Below, one piece after another: positions 12,765-26,074 of a DNA stretch of 64,000 nucleotides (position 1 is the first letter of the stretch; each line of letters starts with the position of its first letter). The position numbers and the translations under genes are program-made. The notes under the pieces are model-generated. The model saw only the letters and a list, made by a program, of their open reading frames with translations. It did not search any database and had not been told where the DNA came from. This DNA is from Octopus sinensis (Eukaryota), in contig NC_042997.1 of the NCBI RefSeq assembly GCF_006345805.1, positions 188,728,001 to 188,792,000 on the forward strand, in the 5' to 3' direction.

Positions 12765-14449
12765 CAAACAACCAGATACTATTTATATATTAAAGTTTGT
12801 ATAGCACAGACATGGCTGTGTTGTTAGGAAGTTTGTTTCACAAATATGTGCTTTCAGTAATTAAAACTTTTAGCTAAAATTTAACAGCAAATAAATTGCA
12901 CTCAAGTTATAAATGAATGCCTGAATCGGAGACTAAAATGCCAACTTTGGCATCAATATCTATGCTACATTGACTTCCCTTAGCTCTTTCATTAATGATG
13001 CTTAAATTAAATCTAATAACAAAAGTTCCAATCCAGTATGTTGCAAAATAACCGTTAACCAGAGAAAACCCTCATTGTAAGAGTTAAATAATAATAATTT
13101 TTTTAAATCATAATACACTGAAAAAATTCAACTTATGTGTTTTTGTTACAAATGTGATGAAGCCTTGTACAAAATATGATGTAACTATCAAAGGTAGATT
13201 TAGTTGTATATCCAATTTTAAGAGACAGCAGAACTCATGTTCCTAACACCCATTGCTTGATGAAATGGAAAGTATGGCTTCTTCCATAATGCACAATTTT
13301 AATTGATACCCAACTAGTTCTTCATTTTTCTTTTCACATCACTGTCCAACATCTACAGTATTACTGATTCTCTTAACAGTATGATTTACATTAAAACAAC
13401 TAATCTCTTTTCCTCTCCTTAAATCCAATTAACTTTTCTCTCTCATCTATCCACCATCTTGAAAGGATATCAGCACCAAAATTCTGCTTTCACTTTTAAT
13501 TTTTGTCATTTCCTTATTTTTTAAACCTTTGCTTACTGAAATAATTTTTGTATCTGATTTTCAATATCATTATAATATTCAATTTTTTTCTGAAAGTATA
13601 ATTTCATTTGCACTTTGTCAAGGGATTAGGGAGACTTACTCAAAACTGGCAAGACTGTAAAACCCACAAACTATTTATTTACCATTAAGCAAAAAAAAAA
13701 TTTGTAATAAAAAAAAAAGTCTAAATAAATTCAAATAATTTATATAAAATCTTGGAATACTGACAAATGCCCAAAAGAAATAATTTTTGCACTTGATTTT
13801 GAAAGACAATAATGTAAGTCACAAAAAAAATATATGTTTATAAGTAAAGAGAATGCCTGTAATATTTGGTCTGACATTTTGCATTCTAAGTACAAGTCCT
13901 GCTGAGATCAACTGTATCTTTCATCTTTCTGGGGTCAATAAATAATGTACCAGTCTAGGGCAGCAGAGAGGCAGAAATGTTAGCATCACATGGGACACCC
14001 TGCATTATTTCTTGTGACTTTTTGTTTTCTGAATTCAAATCCTGCAGTGACTTACTTGGGTGGTAGACTTCATTTGTCACTCATTTTAACACTACCACCT
14101 GATCCTTAGGTTCCTTTAGCAGAGTCCATTCCACTGCAAATCTCTAGCTTAAGGACACTGCCATCCATTCTTCCTTCTGAGCTAGCTGTTTTAGAGGTTC
14201 TACAAGGGGTGCTCAACACTACCTCTCCTTCCTTCCTTCCCAAGAGATAAAAACAGCCTAAAGATTTCAACTTAACAGTCCTAATATTTTTGACAAAATG
14301 TTAATATATAATTTCTATTATTTTGTGTAATGACTGAAACTAAAAATAGTTGAGAAAATGAAGATTAAAAACAGTAATTTCTTAATGAAATTAGTCCCAT
14401 GTGGGTGTGTGATTAAGGAAATTTAAGTAAAACATGCAAGAGAAATAAA

Positions 14450-14487
<38 letters not shown>

Positions 14488-14512
14488 CTCTACACACACA
14501 TACACACATAGA

Positions 14513-14726
14513 GGCTTTAAATTTTTGGCACAAGGCCAGCAGTTTTGGTGGAGGAAGCAAGTTCATTACATCAACCCCAGTATTCAACTGATACTTATTT
14601 TATCAACCCATAAAGGATCAAAAGAAAAGTCAACATCAGAGATGACTTTTGAACTCAGAATATAAAGAAGGTGAAATACCACTAAGCATTTTGCCTGGTG
14701 TGATAACAATTCTGCCAGCTTCTCCC
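14513..14726 (-). mobile_element. SINE family A, tail type A2 (diverged)
   Basis: Same head and central gcctttcatcctttcggggtcgataaa block; tail is ggccttgtgccaaaattt. Confidence 0.75.
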
Positions 14727-16307
14727 CTCCACACACACTCATCATATCATCAATGACATTAAATGGTGGCAGTGGTGGTGGTGGTTGTGTGTGTGTGTTA
14801 ACCACAATTTTCTCAAGTAACTTTAAGCATATTGAAAATATTTTTAAAGTTTTATAAGTTACAGAATTCCTATATGAATGCTAATTCCATCTGCAGTTTG
14901 ATTTGAAATTTGCTTATAGTAAGAGACAGCCAGGAATTCAACAAGCTTATTAAATAGAAAGAATCTTCCAATTCTAAGGACACTGAAGTATACTACATAT
15001 CTCAAGATTTGTAAAACAAGTAAGGAACTAGATATGGAAAGGACTTAAGTTCTAGTTGGGTCTAGTTGTAAAATTAATTATAAATGAAAATTTTTTACTT
15101 TCATTTTTCATAAATAGAAATTATTTATCGAGGTATGTTTAAGTAACTTCACCAAATTTTTTTAATTGACCAACATATAAATTAACTACCTTTTTTTTTT
15201 TTTTTTACCCACCTTCAAATTATCCCTCTGTATAATTTTTTAAAAACACATTAGGAGCAGAATTCTAAATAAATGAAAAGACTGCTAAAAATTTAAATCT
15301 CAGTGATAAGGAGCTGTATAATACCTTTGTAGATGGAGAAATTATATGTAGTAGACCCATCTAATTCATGCAAGCATAGAAAAGCTGATGTTAAAATCAT
15401 GATGGTGGTGGTAGTGGTGGTGACAATGATGGCGATGATTCCTCTTGCAGAGAGTGAATAAATATGTAAGTACAGGAAGACATTATAATGTGAGGTTATC
15501 ATATTAATGCTTCAGCCATTACCTCAGCTGGATGATTTTACAGCAGTTTAGCAGGCACAAGCTGGCAACAGCTAATGTAGTATGAAAAGTTTACTGGAAA
15601 ATCTATTGGCTCATCTACTGGAGTTCAGTACCTTTTCAATTAAATTATTTTATTAACTCCAATGCAGAAATGGAGAGATTTCACAAGTTGTCTCTATTTA
15701 CATAGAGAGATTTATTTGTATTTATTTTTATGATCTTCTCCCGAAATAAAACTCTCAAATAAATTTTAATTCAAATTCCTCTTTCGCATTTCTTGGGAGT
15801 TAAGAACCTTACGAAAAATATGTATGCGCACATGCATGTGTGTGTGTCCGTGTCTAGCCACGAGTCTTTTCAGTGGAGATAGCAGCTTTCTCCTCCCTTT
15901 TCACAATGTATTTCTTTTTTTAAGCTCTCATTTTGGCTTTTAATGTTATAAAAAGTGTGTGTGCATGCACGCACATGATGGACCATTCTTTTATGCTATA
16001 GAACTTTTTCATAAACCCTCGCTATACACTTCTGCCTAATCCTTGGTCCTATGAATTAAGTAGTAACTGATTACTCATATAGCGACTATCTCTCCACAGT
16101 CGTTCTCACACCTCTATCTACTTCTTTTTCCCCTGTTTAGAAGAATGACTTAAAAATACAATAAACATACAATAAAACTAGTATAGAGTGAGGATGGCTC
16201 TTAGATTGGTAGGACAAAACATTCAGCCATACAAATGCAGTCAAATCAAATGAGAAATGATAAAAGAATAAGAACCCACATAAATAACTATTAACATGGT
16301 TAGCATG

Positions 16308-16519
16308 AATTGTTATTTAGGCTTGGGTTAAGCTTTGACTGAGCAAACATACAGCGAAAGTTATTCCAGCCATGACCATCCCATCTTTCATTCAAGCATA
16401 ATGTATTTAGGATTACTTTATCCAATGTGTCCGCCCCACCTTTTTTTTAAAAAATGATTGGGTTTGATTTAAAAGAGATTTGGCTTCTATTTCTAGTAGG
16501 TTGAGCAACCACCTTCTAC
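16308..16519 (+). repeat. Old dispersed ~210-bp repeat (family E); further copies at ~10025-10240, 18770-18955, 39150-39272(-), 42640-42800, 47286-47515, 58176-58385(-)
   Basis: Shared blocks gctgtttag, ttccagccatgaccatc, ttatccaatgtgt, gatttgagg.agatttgg.tgctatttctagca.gt. Confidence 0.65.
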
Positions 16520-17134
16520 CAGTGATTCTCAACTATTTTTCACCTATGAACTCCTTTAATTCCTATTTTACTCTACTGGACCTCCATGGCCAACTGATAT
16601 TTAAATAAAATCCTATTATATTTTTATAAGTGAATATTATTAGGAACTGCATAAAACATTATTGAAATATGTATATTGTATAAGTATAAACTTTTTTTTT
16701 ATCTTTTACTTGTTTCAGTCATTTGACAGTGGCCATGCTGGAGCACCGCCTTTAGTTGAGCAAATCGACCCCAGGACTTATTCTTTGTAAGCCTAGTACT
16801 TATTCTATCGGTCTCTTTTTGCCGAACCGCTAAGTTACGGGGACGTAAACAGACCACCATTGGTTGTCAAGCGATGGTGGTGGTGGGGGGGGGGACATAG
16901 ACACACATACATATATATGACAGGCTTCTTTCAGTTTCCGTCTACCAAATCCACTCACAAGGCTTTGGTCGGCCCAAGGCTATAGTAGAAGACACTTGCC
17001 CAAGGTGCCACGCAGTGGGACTGAACCCGGAACCAGGTGGTTCGTAAGCAAGCTACTTACCACACAGCCACTCCTAACAACAATGTCTTATTTAAACTCC
17101 CAAGGGTCATATGGACCCCGACTGAGAACCACTG
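16520..17134 (+). mobile_element. hAT (Charlie-like) MITE split by a SINE B
   Basis: TIRs cagtgattctcaa / ctgagaaccactg. The 3' flank atctagag fits the NTCTAGAN target; the 5' duplicate is imperfect. Confidence 0.65.
16702..17075 (-). mobile_element. SINE family B, young full copy, inserted in a hAT MITE
   Basis: Head aggagtggctgtgtggtaag...gggttcagtcccactgcgtggcaccttgggcaagtgtcttctactatagcc (CORE-like ccttgggcaagt); tail ends in gtaaaaga. Confidence 0.9.
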
Positions 17135-20100
17135 ATCTAGAGGCTCCTTTATTGGCTGTTTTGCTGATACTGCACATGGTAGAAGTCATATATAAGCACT
17201 CCTTGACTACCATCAAGCACTCACCATCCTTCTCTTCAGCAAATCAGTTCCAATTTAATGAGTGGTAGTACCAAGACAATAATAACAGACCTTGCATTTC
17301 ATTTGAACATTATCATTACAGTATATAAACATGATGTAATGGCAGCTGTTCATGCCTGAAGATTATGAAGTAGAGTGATAGGCATACATGCAGAATTGAA
17401 GCTGCAACTCCCAGTACCATTGAGTACCTGTTGTTTTCATCTCTTCTCCATCACTAGTCCCCACAAACCGATCCCACTCTTTAAAATTGAAGGATAAGAC
17501 AGCTGTAATGACCAGCAAGCAGTAGATTTTACAATGGAGAGGCCTTCTCCTAGGTGAATTGCCTTACATGGCTGGAGAGGCCACCTACCCTAATTAGAGT
17601 AGAGTAACATATAAATAAGAAGTCAATAAAAGCAATTTTAAAATGTAAAGGTGGTAAAGAAAATGTATTCAATATTTCAGTTTTAACAAACCCTAAACTA
17701 AAACTAAGCATTTTGAATTGAAAAGTGAACTGTAAACAATACAAAACCATTTTGTCATAATCAAAGGCTATATCTTCTAATTACATAGACTGTCTTGTCT
17801 TGGTCTCACTTATATTACCAACAACTGAGAACAACATTTACTCCAGCTTTGAGAAGTGTGTGTCAAAATGATTAGTATAGTGATATGCATATGTGTGTGT
17901 GTATTGGAAAACTTCAGTTTAAAGAAGTTATCTAGTAGACAAAAACTCCCTATAGAATGTTATACATCCCACAGCAAACTCCTGTCAACCTAAGTTTTTC
18001 TATTCACTATGTAACAAACAATATGTGAAATGTTGAATATGCAGAATGCTTCCCAGTCATATCATTGATATTTACAATCAACATCAATCCATTCCAAATA
18101 TATATATATATATATATATATGCTGATCACTCTTAACAGCACCCATTAAGGAGAATATGCAGTGCTAATAAAGTCTAATAAGGCTGAAATAAGCTTTTGC
18201 TTGCACCAGTTCTAAAGATTAGATCTGATACCATTAGTGCAATTTTTTTCTTTTAGAATTTCTAAAAACTAAAATTCTAGTTGATTATATTGGAGCCATC
18301 AAGTTATTGTCTGTTGTTTTTTAGATATTAAAGACCACAATAGGGAGTTTAATCTACCAACTGCAGGGATAAACCCAAGTAAATCAAAGTTCTTCAACTT
18401 ACAATATTACATATGTGAGGCTACATTTGTATTTAGTATACAGAACACTAACCTGAGGTATTTTCATTCAGTTATATTGCTGCAAGATTACTGAGCCTAC
18501 CAGGGTTAGTAGTGGTCATTTATATAAATATGGAGCACACCATATTACATACTATATTTTCTGGAACACAATTCAAATTTCTAAAACCAGAATTTACAGC
18601 TGAAAAATGGACGGCCAGCTTATACACTTAGTCAACTATGGAGAACTAAAACTTCCCTGTGAAATGTAACAGGATTTGGAAAGAAAGTGATGATGTTTAA
18701 ATATTCACACTACACATTTATACTGATATGACATCAACTTGTATGCCAAAAATATGATACAGTTTGGTCTTGTTGATTAAGGTTAGGTCAACTCTGATCC
18801 AGTAGATATATGGTCAAGGCTTTTTCAGCACAACTATCTCATTTTTTATATTTAAGTGTCAGTCTAGTTAAAAACACATTATTCAATGTATCCTTTATTT
18901 ATTAAGATGGCAATGTGATTTGAGAGAAATTTATGTGCTATTTCTAGAATGTCCAAATAATCATGTTGAAGTTCGCTCTTTGGCTTGTGCCTTCTTTGTG
19001 AAATATACAGGTGAAATTCTTATACTAATATTCTCCTTCTATAAGAAGCATGCAATATTTTCAAAATGTGCATTAATACAGATTCACACATTAGTTTGTT
19101 TTTTTTTTTATCAGAATCCAACAGGATTAGGATTACTTTAACTTCACAATTTTCACCTAATAAAAATAGACAAAATAATACATTCATCTACCTCAATAGC
19201 AGATTGTATTTATTTCTATGTCCATTTCAAACTACCCTTTTTAACTCATGTTAAATTTTGGAATATGAAAAGCAATATACAAAAATATGTGGTGAAGGAG
19301 TACCAGCAAGTAGTCATATAACACCCAGAGACAAAATGAATGCCTTGAAACCTAACAGAAAATGGATAAAAAGTAGTGGAAGGTGGAAGGAGAATCAACT
19401 CTTTACCAAAATATCTGCTACTTCAAAACCTATCACCAATGCAACTGGATCTGCTTTTTGGAGAAAATGGCTGAAAATACGCGCCATCTTGGGACTTTCT
19501 CCAAAGAGGCTACTTTTCAAAAAAAAAAAATTCCATGATTCTAACAGAATATACAGACTTTTAAACCAACCAACTGGAAATACTGACAAATGTCTTAGAG
19601 TTTTTGCAATAGTAAATACTCTACTGAATACGTGAAAATGTAGTATGTTTTACTTTAGTAGCACCAACCATTAGATATATGTATTTGGGAACACATAAAC
19701 ATAGCAATGTCATTTATTAAAAGAGCATTTCAACGGTGGATAGGATACAGAAGTAACATTTTCTATTAAGACCATTGGTGGAAACATCAGTAAATTACAT
19801 ATTAAAGAATATTTATTAGGTGTCTACAACCACAAATTTAACAATCTCCATAAGCTGCTCAATTGTAAACAAGTTTATTGCATGATTTGAACATCACAGC
19901 CCACACATCATTGCTATGCTTCAGTTCAAAATTTTTCCATTTAAAATTAGGGCTTGTTAAAGCTGAAATATTGAATAAATTGATCTTAGACCAACTTTGC
20001 ATTGTTAATTAGCTTTTATTACCATCTTATTTCTATCATAATAATGGAGATGTTATAATGTAGGTGATGCACAGCATGCAGATGGAGACATGCATAAACT

Positions 20101-20346
20101 AAATTGATTACAGGGAAAGAATGAAGGTACGAGTTTGTGTGGGAAGGTAATAATATTGGTTATAATCTAAACAAATAAGTGGAAGTGTTATTTTAGAGTA
20201 ACAGAATTTGATTGAGGCAGTTGATTGTGAAGTGATAACTATGGCAACCACTTTATACATATGCAAGATGTATAACAGTTGAGAAACAAAAGTTTTGAGA
20301 TACAAAGCAGAATTATATATTTTTTTTAAAGTGGCACTAAGAATAT

Positions 20347-20753
20347 TACTCTTTTACTTTTTTACTCTTTTACTTGTTTCAGTCATTTGACTGTGGCCAT
20401 GCTGGAGCACTGCCTTTTAGTCGAGCAAATCGACCCCAGGACTTATTCTTTGTAAGCCTAGTACTTATTCTATCGGTCTCTTTCGCTGAACCACTAAGTT
20501 ACGGGGACGTAAACACACCAGCATCAGTTGTCAAGCGATGTTGGGGGGACAAACACACACAAACACACACACCCGCCCACACATATATACGATGTGCTTA
20601 TTTCAGTTTCTGTCAACCAGATCCACTCACAAGGCTTTAGTCGGCCCGAGGCTAAAGTAGAAGACACTTGCCCAAGGTGCCACACAGTGGAACTGAACCC
20701 GGAACCATGTGGTTAGTAAGCAAGCTACTTACCACACAGTCACTCCTACGCCT
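20347..20753 (-). mobile_element. SINE family B, full copy
   Basis: Same head, microsatellite and tail, with a repeated (gtaaaaga) 3' end. Confidence 0.9.
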
Positions 20754-21845
20754 ATTGTTAGCTTTACAGAAGAATTTATTGACTGTACTAGAAAACAAAA
20801 GAAATGAACATGTATGCATTTAAAGAGGATCTCACCAATACACAAGGAATAGTGAAAACCCAAAGATCTGGTAGCTATGTGACACTAACTGATTTTTCAT
20901 TTCAATAACCGACTACAGTAAACTAGTCTAACTGGTTATTTATTAAGTTGAAACAGAAAGAGAAAATATGACTTTTCTGATAAGACAGATGATTATAAAC
21001 AACAAACACTTACTGCTCTTGAGTAATAAGTCCCAACATAATACACTTCTCTTCAATAGCATGTGGATTTCTCTTCAATTATGATTTGAATAACTTTAAG
21101 GTCATTCACCTTCTAAGCATAAACAGTTGGCATAGCTCATATTTTTGCTTCTCTCTTAACTAACTATAACTAATAGCTACCTTTCCACTCAGTTTCTAGA
21201 TTCTCAGCCATCTTTCCATGGAAGTGATTAATAGATTAATGGTTTTCATGTTGAACTTTAAGGTGAAAATAAAACCCCAGAGAACCACAGTTGGGATATA
21301 GAAGGAGTGTTGAGAAAGATGCTGAAGATTGACTCAGTTATGGCTAGCTTTACGTAGAACAAGTTCCATACAAAAACAAATAAAGACCTTTTGGAGATAT
21401 TCTTAACATAATACTATAAGCTACTGACCAGTTATAAGTGGAAAAGAAACCCAAACAAACATCCAATAATGGTGAAATTGTGAATCAGTTAAAAACAGAT
21501 GAGTGACTATCATTGAAGAAGTGAGAGAAGCTAGACACCAGGTAGAAAGTAGCTATTAGTTTATACTCTTAGCTAAGAGATAAGCAGAAAATAGGAAGTA
21601 TGCCAAACTTTTATACTAGGAGAATGAGTGGCTTAAAATTATTCAATTCATGAGACAATATTTAGGATAATCAGTATAGTAATGAAAAGAAATGTTTCCA
21701 TAGCTGTTCACAAATCATTACATTACATATAACACCTAAGGTTTATCTCTAAATACTAAAATCTTAATATATATATATGTGTGTGTGTGTGTGTTTGTGT
21801 ATTTGTTTTGCAAAATTCCTGATGCGAAATTGTGTTTTGAAACAG

Positions 21846-22008
21846 ATATTATTATATTTGGGGATGGTCATTTTTTTTTGCCAATTAACCACATGCACCA
21901 TACACTTGGTCTTCACTTCAGCTTAGTGAAGCTGAAGCAAAGACCAAGTATATAGTGTGTGCTGTTAATTGGCAAAAAAAATATGACCATCCCCAAATAT
22001 AACAATAT
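21846..22008. repeat. 163-bp imperfect palindrome (foldback MITE-like)
   Basis: ~79-bp arms around a 4-nt loop agtg (21925-21928). Confidence 0.85.
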
Positions 22009-22054
<46 letters not shown>

Positions 22055-22332
22055 CATACACTGTTGTTTCCGCCCACTGAAACACTACTGCTACACTGGA
22101 GTTTCAAGTTAAGAATGAGTTATCCATCTCCTCTCCACAATTAATAAGCTAATTTCTACAGTATATTGGGAAGTATTTATTGTGCCAGACCTTCCAATAA
22201 ATAGTGAAACCAGAAACTAAAGTCTGCATGCAATTAATTCAGCTTCTTGTTTTAAATACACCTAGAAAGTGCTGGGGTTGATTTAACTGACTAACCTCAC
22301 TCACTTTTTTTCTTTTTTTCTGGAGGAATACC

Positions 22333-22568
22333 TATTTCTTTACTACCCACAAGGGGCTAAACACAGAGGGGACAAACAGGGACAGACACACGGATTAAGT
22401 CGATTACATCGACCCCAGTGCGTAACTGGTACTTAATTTATCGACCCCAAAAGGATGAAAGGCAAAGTCGACCTCGGCGGAATTTGAACTCAGAATGTAA
22501 CGGCAGACGAAATACGGCTACGCATTTCGCCCGGCGTGCTAACGATTCTGCCAGCTCGACACCTTTAT
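22333..22568 (-). mobile_element. tRNA-derived SINE family A (A1)
   Basis: Full copy. TSD ggaatacc at 22325-22332 and 22569-22576. Confidence 0.9.
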
Positions 22569-23335
22569 GGAATACCATAAAGATGTTTTGAAAGTGAGGG
22601 ATCACCTACCTCAACTAATTAATGAGCTTTACTTCAAAATGCGAACATTTTAGATTCATATCTTCATATAGGATTTCTCAAATTCCCATATTCAATTCTA
22701 TATTTTAATTTTAATAATTTAAATATTAAAATAATTTTTCAATTTTATCTCATCTTAAATCTATCTTAAGAAAAAAATATATCACCTTATCTTATCTCTA
22801 TCTTTAAAAGCAGAAGAAAAAAAATCAATAGTAACAGCAGCAGAGCAATCATAATAATAATTAATTACAAATGTATAACAATTAATAACAAATGTACAAG
22901 GCATCACATATTTAACATGACATTAATAAATAAATCTGTTAATGTTATCAGTATCCTTTCCTAATGATGTTGCATTTAAGATGTAATAAAATAATTATAT
23001 TAAATAAATCCTACAAAGTTAATTTCATGTGAATCATTATTTATTTACATTATTTTTCAAAGAAAATATGAAAGTAGTACTTCAAATGAAGTTGATAGAA
23101 AATAAACAGATCAGTAGTACTTAATATCAAACAAGTAAATAGATATTATGATAGCCAATTAATATGCGAGTTTCTCTGTGACAGCATCTCATCAAATATC
23201 TACAACTGAATTTAAACGTAATTAACACTTTCAACATGCTGGAGAATGCCATTACGGCTTACTAAGTAACAATTAATATCCTCTAGTAAACACCAATCAG
23301 AGATAAGTTTGTAGCAAGCCGGTTTCAATTTATAC

Positions 23336-23374
23336 CTGGCCCCACTGCACTTGTCAGCAAAGTCACATTTAATC
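23336..23374 (-). CDS. Weak candidate small exon (39 nt, phase 1-1): LNVTLLTSAVGP
   Basis: gtttatttttcatag | 39 nt | gtataa, frame-compatible with the upstream exons. An overlapping alternative 134-nt open exon (23263-23396) is also possible. Confidence 0.2.
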
Positions 23375-23861
23375 CTATGAAAAATAAACCAATTTCCTGC
23401 AAAATGACAACTTTTATTACAAATTACCAAGGCACTGTTTATGTCTTATCATCGTTATCATCATCATCATCATAGTTTTGCATGGATCAGATAGAATTTA
23501 TTGAAGTAGATTTTCTACAACCGGATGCCTTTCCTGTTGCAACCTTCATCTGTTTCCAAGCAAGGTAAAGACTTCCTTGTAACCAAACATATTTTCATGG
23601 AAGATTGCAAATGGTGGACATTGCTTGTATGATGGTTAATGCTTGCTTACAAATAATGTGCCATGTCCAAACAAGGAGACAGAGACACAAACACACATGA
23701 GTACACATGTTTATGTAGTCTTAACACAAAACTAAAAGACTAGTCAGTTAAATACTTGTTTCTTATCAACCATCACCTTATAAATTTATTCAGTAAAAAA
23801 AGGCAGCTGGACAATCTTAAGCAAACACTTAGTGATTTGTTTTGTGTGTGTGTGTGTGTGC

Positions 23862-23895
<34 letters not shown>

Positions 23896-24249
23896 CTTCT
23901 TATAAGAACTTATCAATTAGATATAAATCTTGTAAGCAAACAAATCAAATGCAAACATCATTGAACATGCAATAAGATGGAAATAAGATTACACACATGC
24001 ATACATACACATGTGTATGTTAGACAGATCATATGAGGCAGTAAGTTGCAGAAATGCTACCAGTGCAAGCAGATTACCTAATAGTATTTAGTTTACATCC
24101 TTTGATATTCCAAGTTCTAATATTCCCAAAGTCAATCTTGTCTTCAGCATTGATAAAATAAGTATCAGTAATGCTTTAGGTGAAACACCATAATTATGCC
24201 TCTTCTATACATATTTGCACCCATCTGACAAAGTTAGGAATCAGAATAG

Positions 24250-24478
24250 GTAGTATGTAAGTACTGTCTCAGGTCCTAGGGCTCACAGGACTGGTTACTT
24301 AGTTTCCAATGTGTAATTAGTGACCATGGTCACAACATTTACAGTTGAATGGACAGGAGCAATGTGAAATGAAGAACTTTGCTCACAAATACAAAATACT
24401 GTTTGGTCCAGGAATTCAAATCACAACCTTGCGACTGTCGAGTGTAACACCTCAACCACAAGGTCACATATCTTCACA
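24250..24478 (-). mobile_element. Another tRNA/CORE-type SINE (decayed)
   Basis: Reverse complement shows a tRNA-like head (gtggttgaggtg...gaattcctgg) followed by gagcaaagttcttcatttcacattgctcctgtcc. Confidence 0.5.
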
Positions 24479-24511
24479 GAATATATAATCTTCAATATTT
24501 TGTTATGCTAA

Positions 24512-24728
24512 GGTGGCAAGCTGGCAAAATTATAAAGATGCTGGGGAAAATGCTTAGCAGCATTTTGTCTGTCTTCACATTTCCGAGTTCAAATTTCACC
24601 AAGGTCAACTTTACCGTTCATCCTTCCAAGGTTGATAAAATAAGTACTGGTTGAGTACTGGGGTTGATGTAAGTAACTTACCCTTTCCCTCAAAGTTGCT
24701 GGCCTTGTGTCAAAATTTGAAAGCAATA
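24512..24728 (+). mobile_element. SINE family A, tail A2
   Basis: ggtggcaagctggcaaaa...gagttcaaattt...gttgataaaataagtac...ggccttgtgtcaaaatttgaaag. Confidence 0.8.
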
Positions 24729-25418
24729 TTTAGTTAAGCTTCTTTACAGTTTGAATTCAAATCCTGTTTGATTTTACATTTCATATTCACAGGGTCAATG
24801 AAACAATGACAGTGCCTTTCTCAGAAATGCATGGCCTGGCATATATCTATATTATTTTAACAGATAAGTGCCACCTAAGAAGGGACTCAATGATATTACT
24901 TGAGAGTGGATTTGAGTCTGAAAGTCAGGAAATCACTCAACAGTAATACAGTGTTCCTACTGCTTGCAGCAGTGGTCTCTGCTGTAACTTTATCATGACT
25001 TTCTATGGTTAGTGCTGTTTGCTTTTTGTTTTTGTTTTTTTTCTTTCTTTTTTGGCTTTTATTTGGAGAGGGTGAGATCTATAGGGGCATTGTAATAAGA
25101 AACAAGAGTTCTGTTGAATGGCACAGCACAGTTGACTCATCAGTCAGTGACCAGATATTTTATGGACTCTGTTAACTGTAACCTCACATTAGAAAAGAAA
25201 TACATTTTTCTATGAAGCTATTTAAGGAAAATGGGTCTACGATCCACATCCACGGGAATTGAATAGATGTGTTAACATTATGGACTTAAGTGGAAAACAA
25301 ATAAGAAGACTCTTCAAAGGAAAAGTGAAGTAGAGTGTAAGTTGATATTTACTAGAAACCAAACAAACATAATTGAACTGATAGCTCTTGTCCAAAGAAA
25401 TAATAAAATTAAAGGCAC

Positions 25419-25490
25419 ACTTACCAACTAGTGTATTACATTACAAATTTATTTTACTTACCTGCAAAAGAAAGAAAATTTTAATTTTAT
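25419..25490 (-). promoter_or_regulatory. Candidate recursive splice site (AG|GTAAGT ratchet point) with downstream 37-nt RS-exon and second GTAAGT donor
   Basis: Minus strand: aaaattttctttcttttgCAG|GTAAGT (junction 25462/25461), then ...ctagttg|GTAAGT at 25424. Confidence 0.45.
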
Positions 25491-25604
25491 AATGTTTTCA
25501 GGAATAAACAACACAATACTATTAAAAATACATATAATGAAAATAAATTTTCAACTTTCACAAAGTATTAATATATTTTAAACATTGTGTGTGGGTGTGT
25601 CTGT

Positions 25605-25700
25605 CTGTCTGTCTGTTTCTCTCTCTCTCTCTCTCTCCTCTCTCTTTCTTTCTTTCTTTCTCTCTCTCCTCTCTCTCTCTCTCTTTCTCTCTCCTCTCTC

Positions 25701-25740
<40 letters not shown>

Positions 25741-25785
25741 CTTCTCTTTCTTCTCTCTCTCTCTCTCTCTCTCCTCTCTCGCTCT

Positions 25786-25821
<36 letters not shown>

Positions 25822-25871
25822 CTCTCTCCTCTCTCATCTCTCTCTCCCCTCTCCTCTCTCCGCTCCTCTCT

Positions 25872-25907
<36 letters not shown>
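25605..25907. repeat. ~300-bp imperfect (CT)n / (GA)n polypyrimidine-polypurine tract
   Basis: Almost exclusively C/T on the + strand. Confidence 0.97.
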
Positions 25908-26074
25908 AGTTAGTGAAATAGCCAATGCACATGTCCTTTCCATATCTTTAAATTCATGTAGCTGGAGGTAACATATGAGAGAGGAAGTAGGAAAGGGTAA
26001 AGTCTTTACTTGGTGCAGGGTCTGGAGAGAATGAAGACACTATGGGAGTGAAGAGAAGAGAGAAGAGCAAAGAT

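Noticed and set aside
19258-19635. 125-aa + strand ORF, possibly a decayed transposase or LINE piece
   Set aside because: No diagnostic motif could be recognised in any frame; it starts at a non-ATG codon. A blastx search would be needed.
21290-21640. Possible mariner N-terminal relic
   Set aside because: Multiple stops and only vague resemblance.
25568-25971. Five overlapping ORFs (RE-rich, SL-rich)
   Set aside because: Translations of the (CT)n/(GA)n tract; no evidence of coding.
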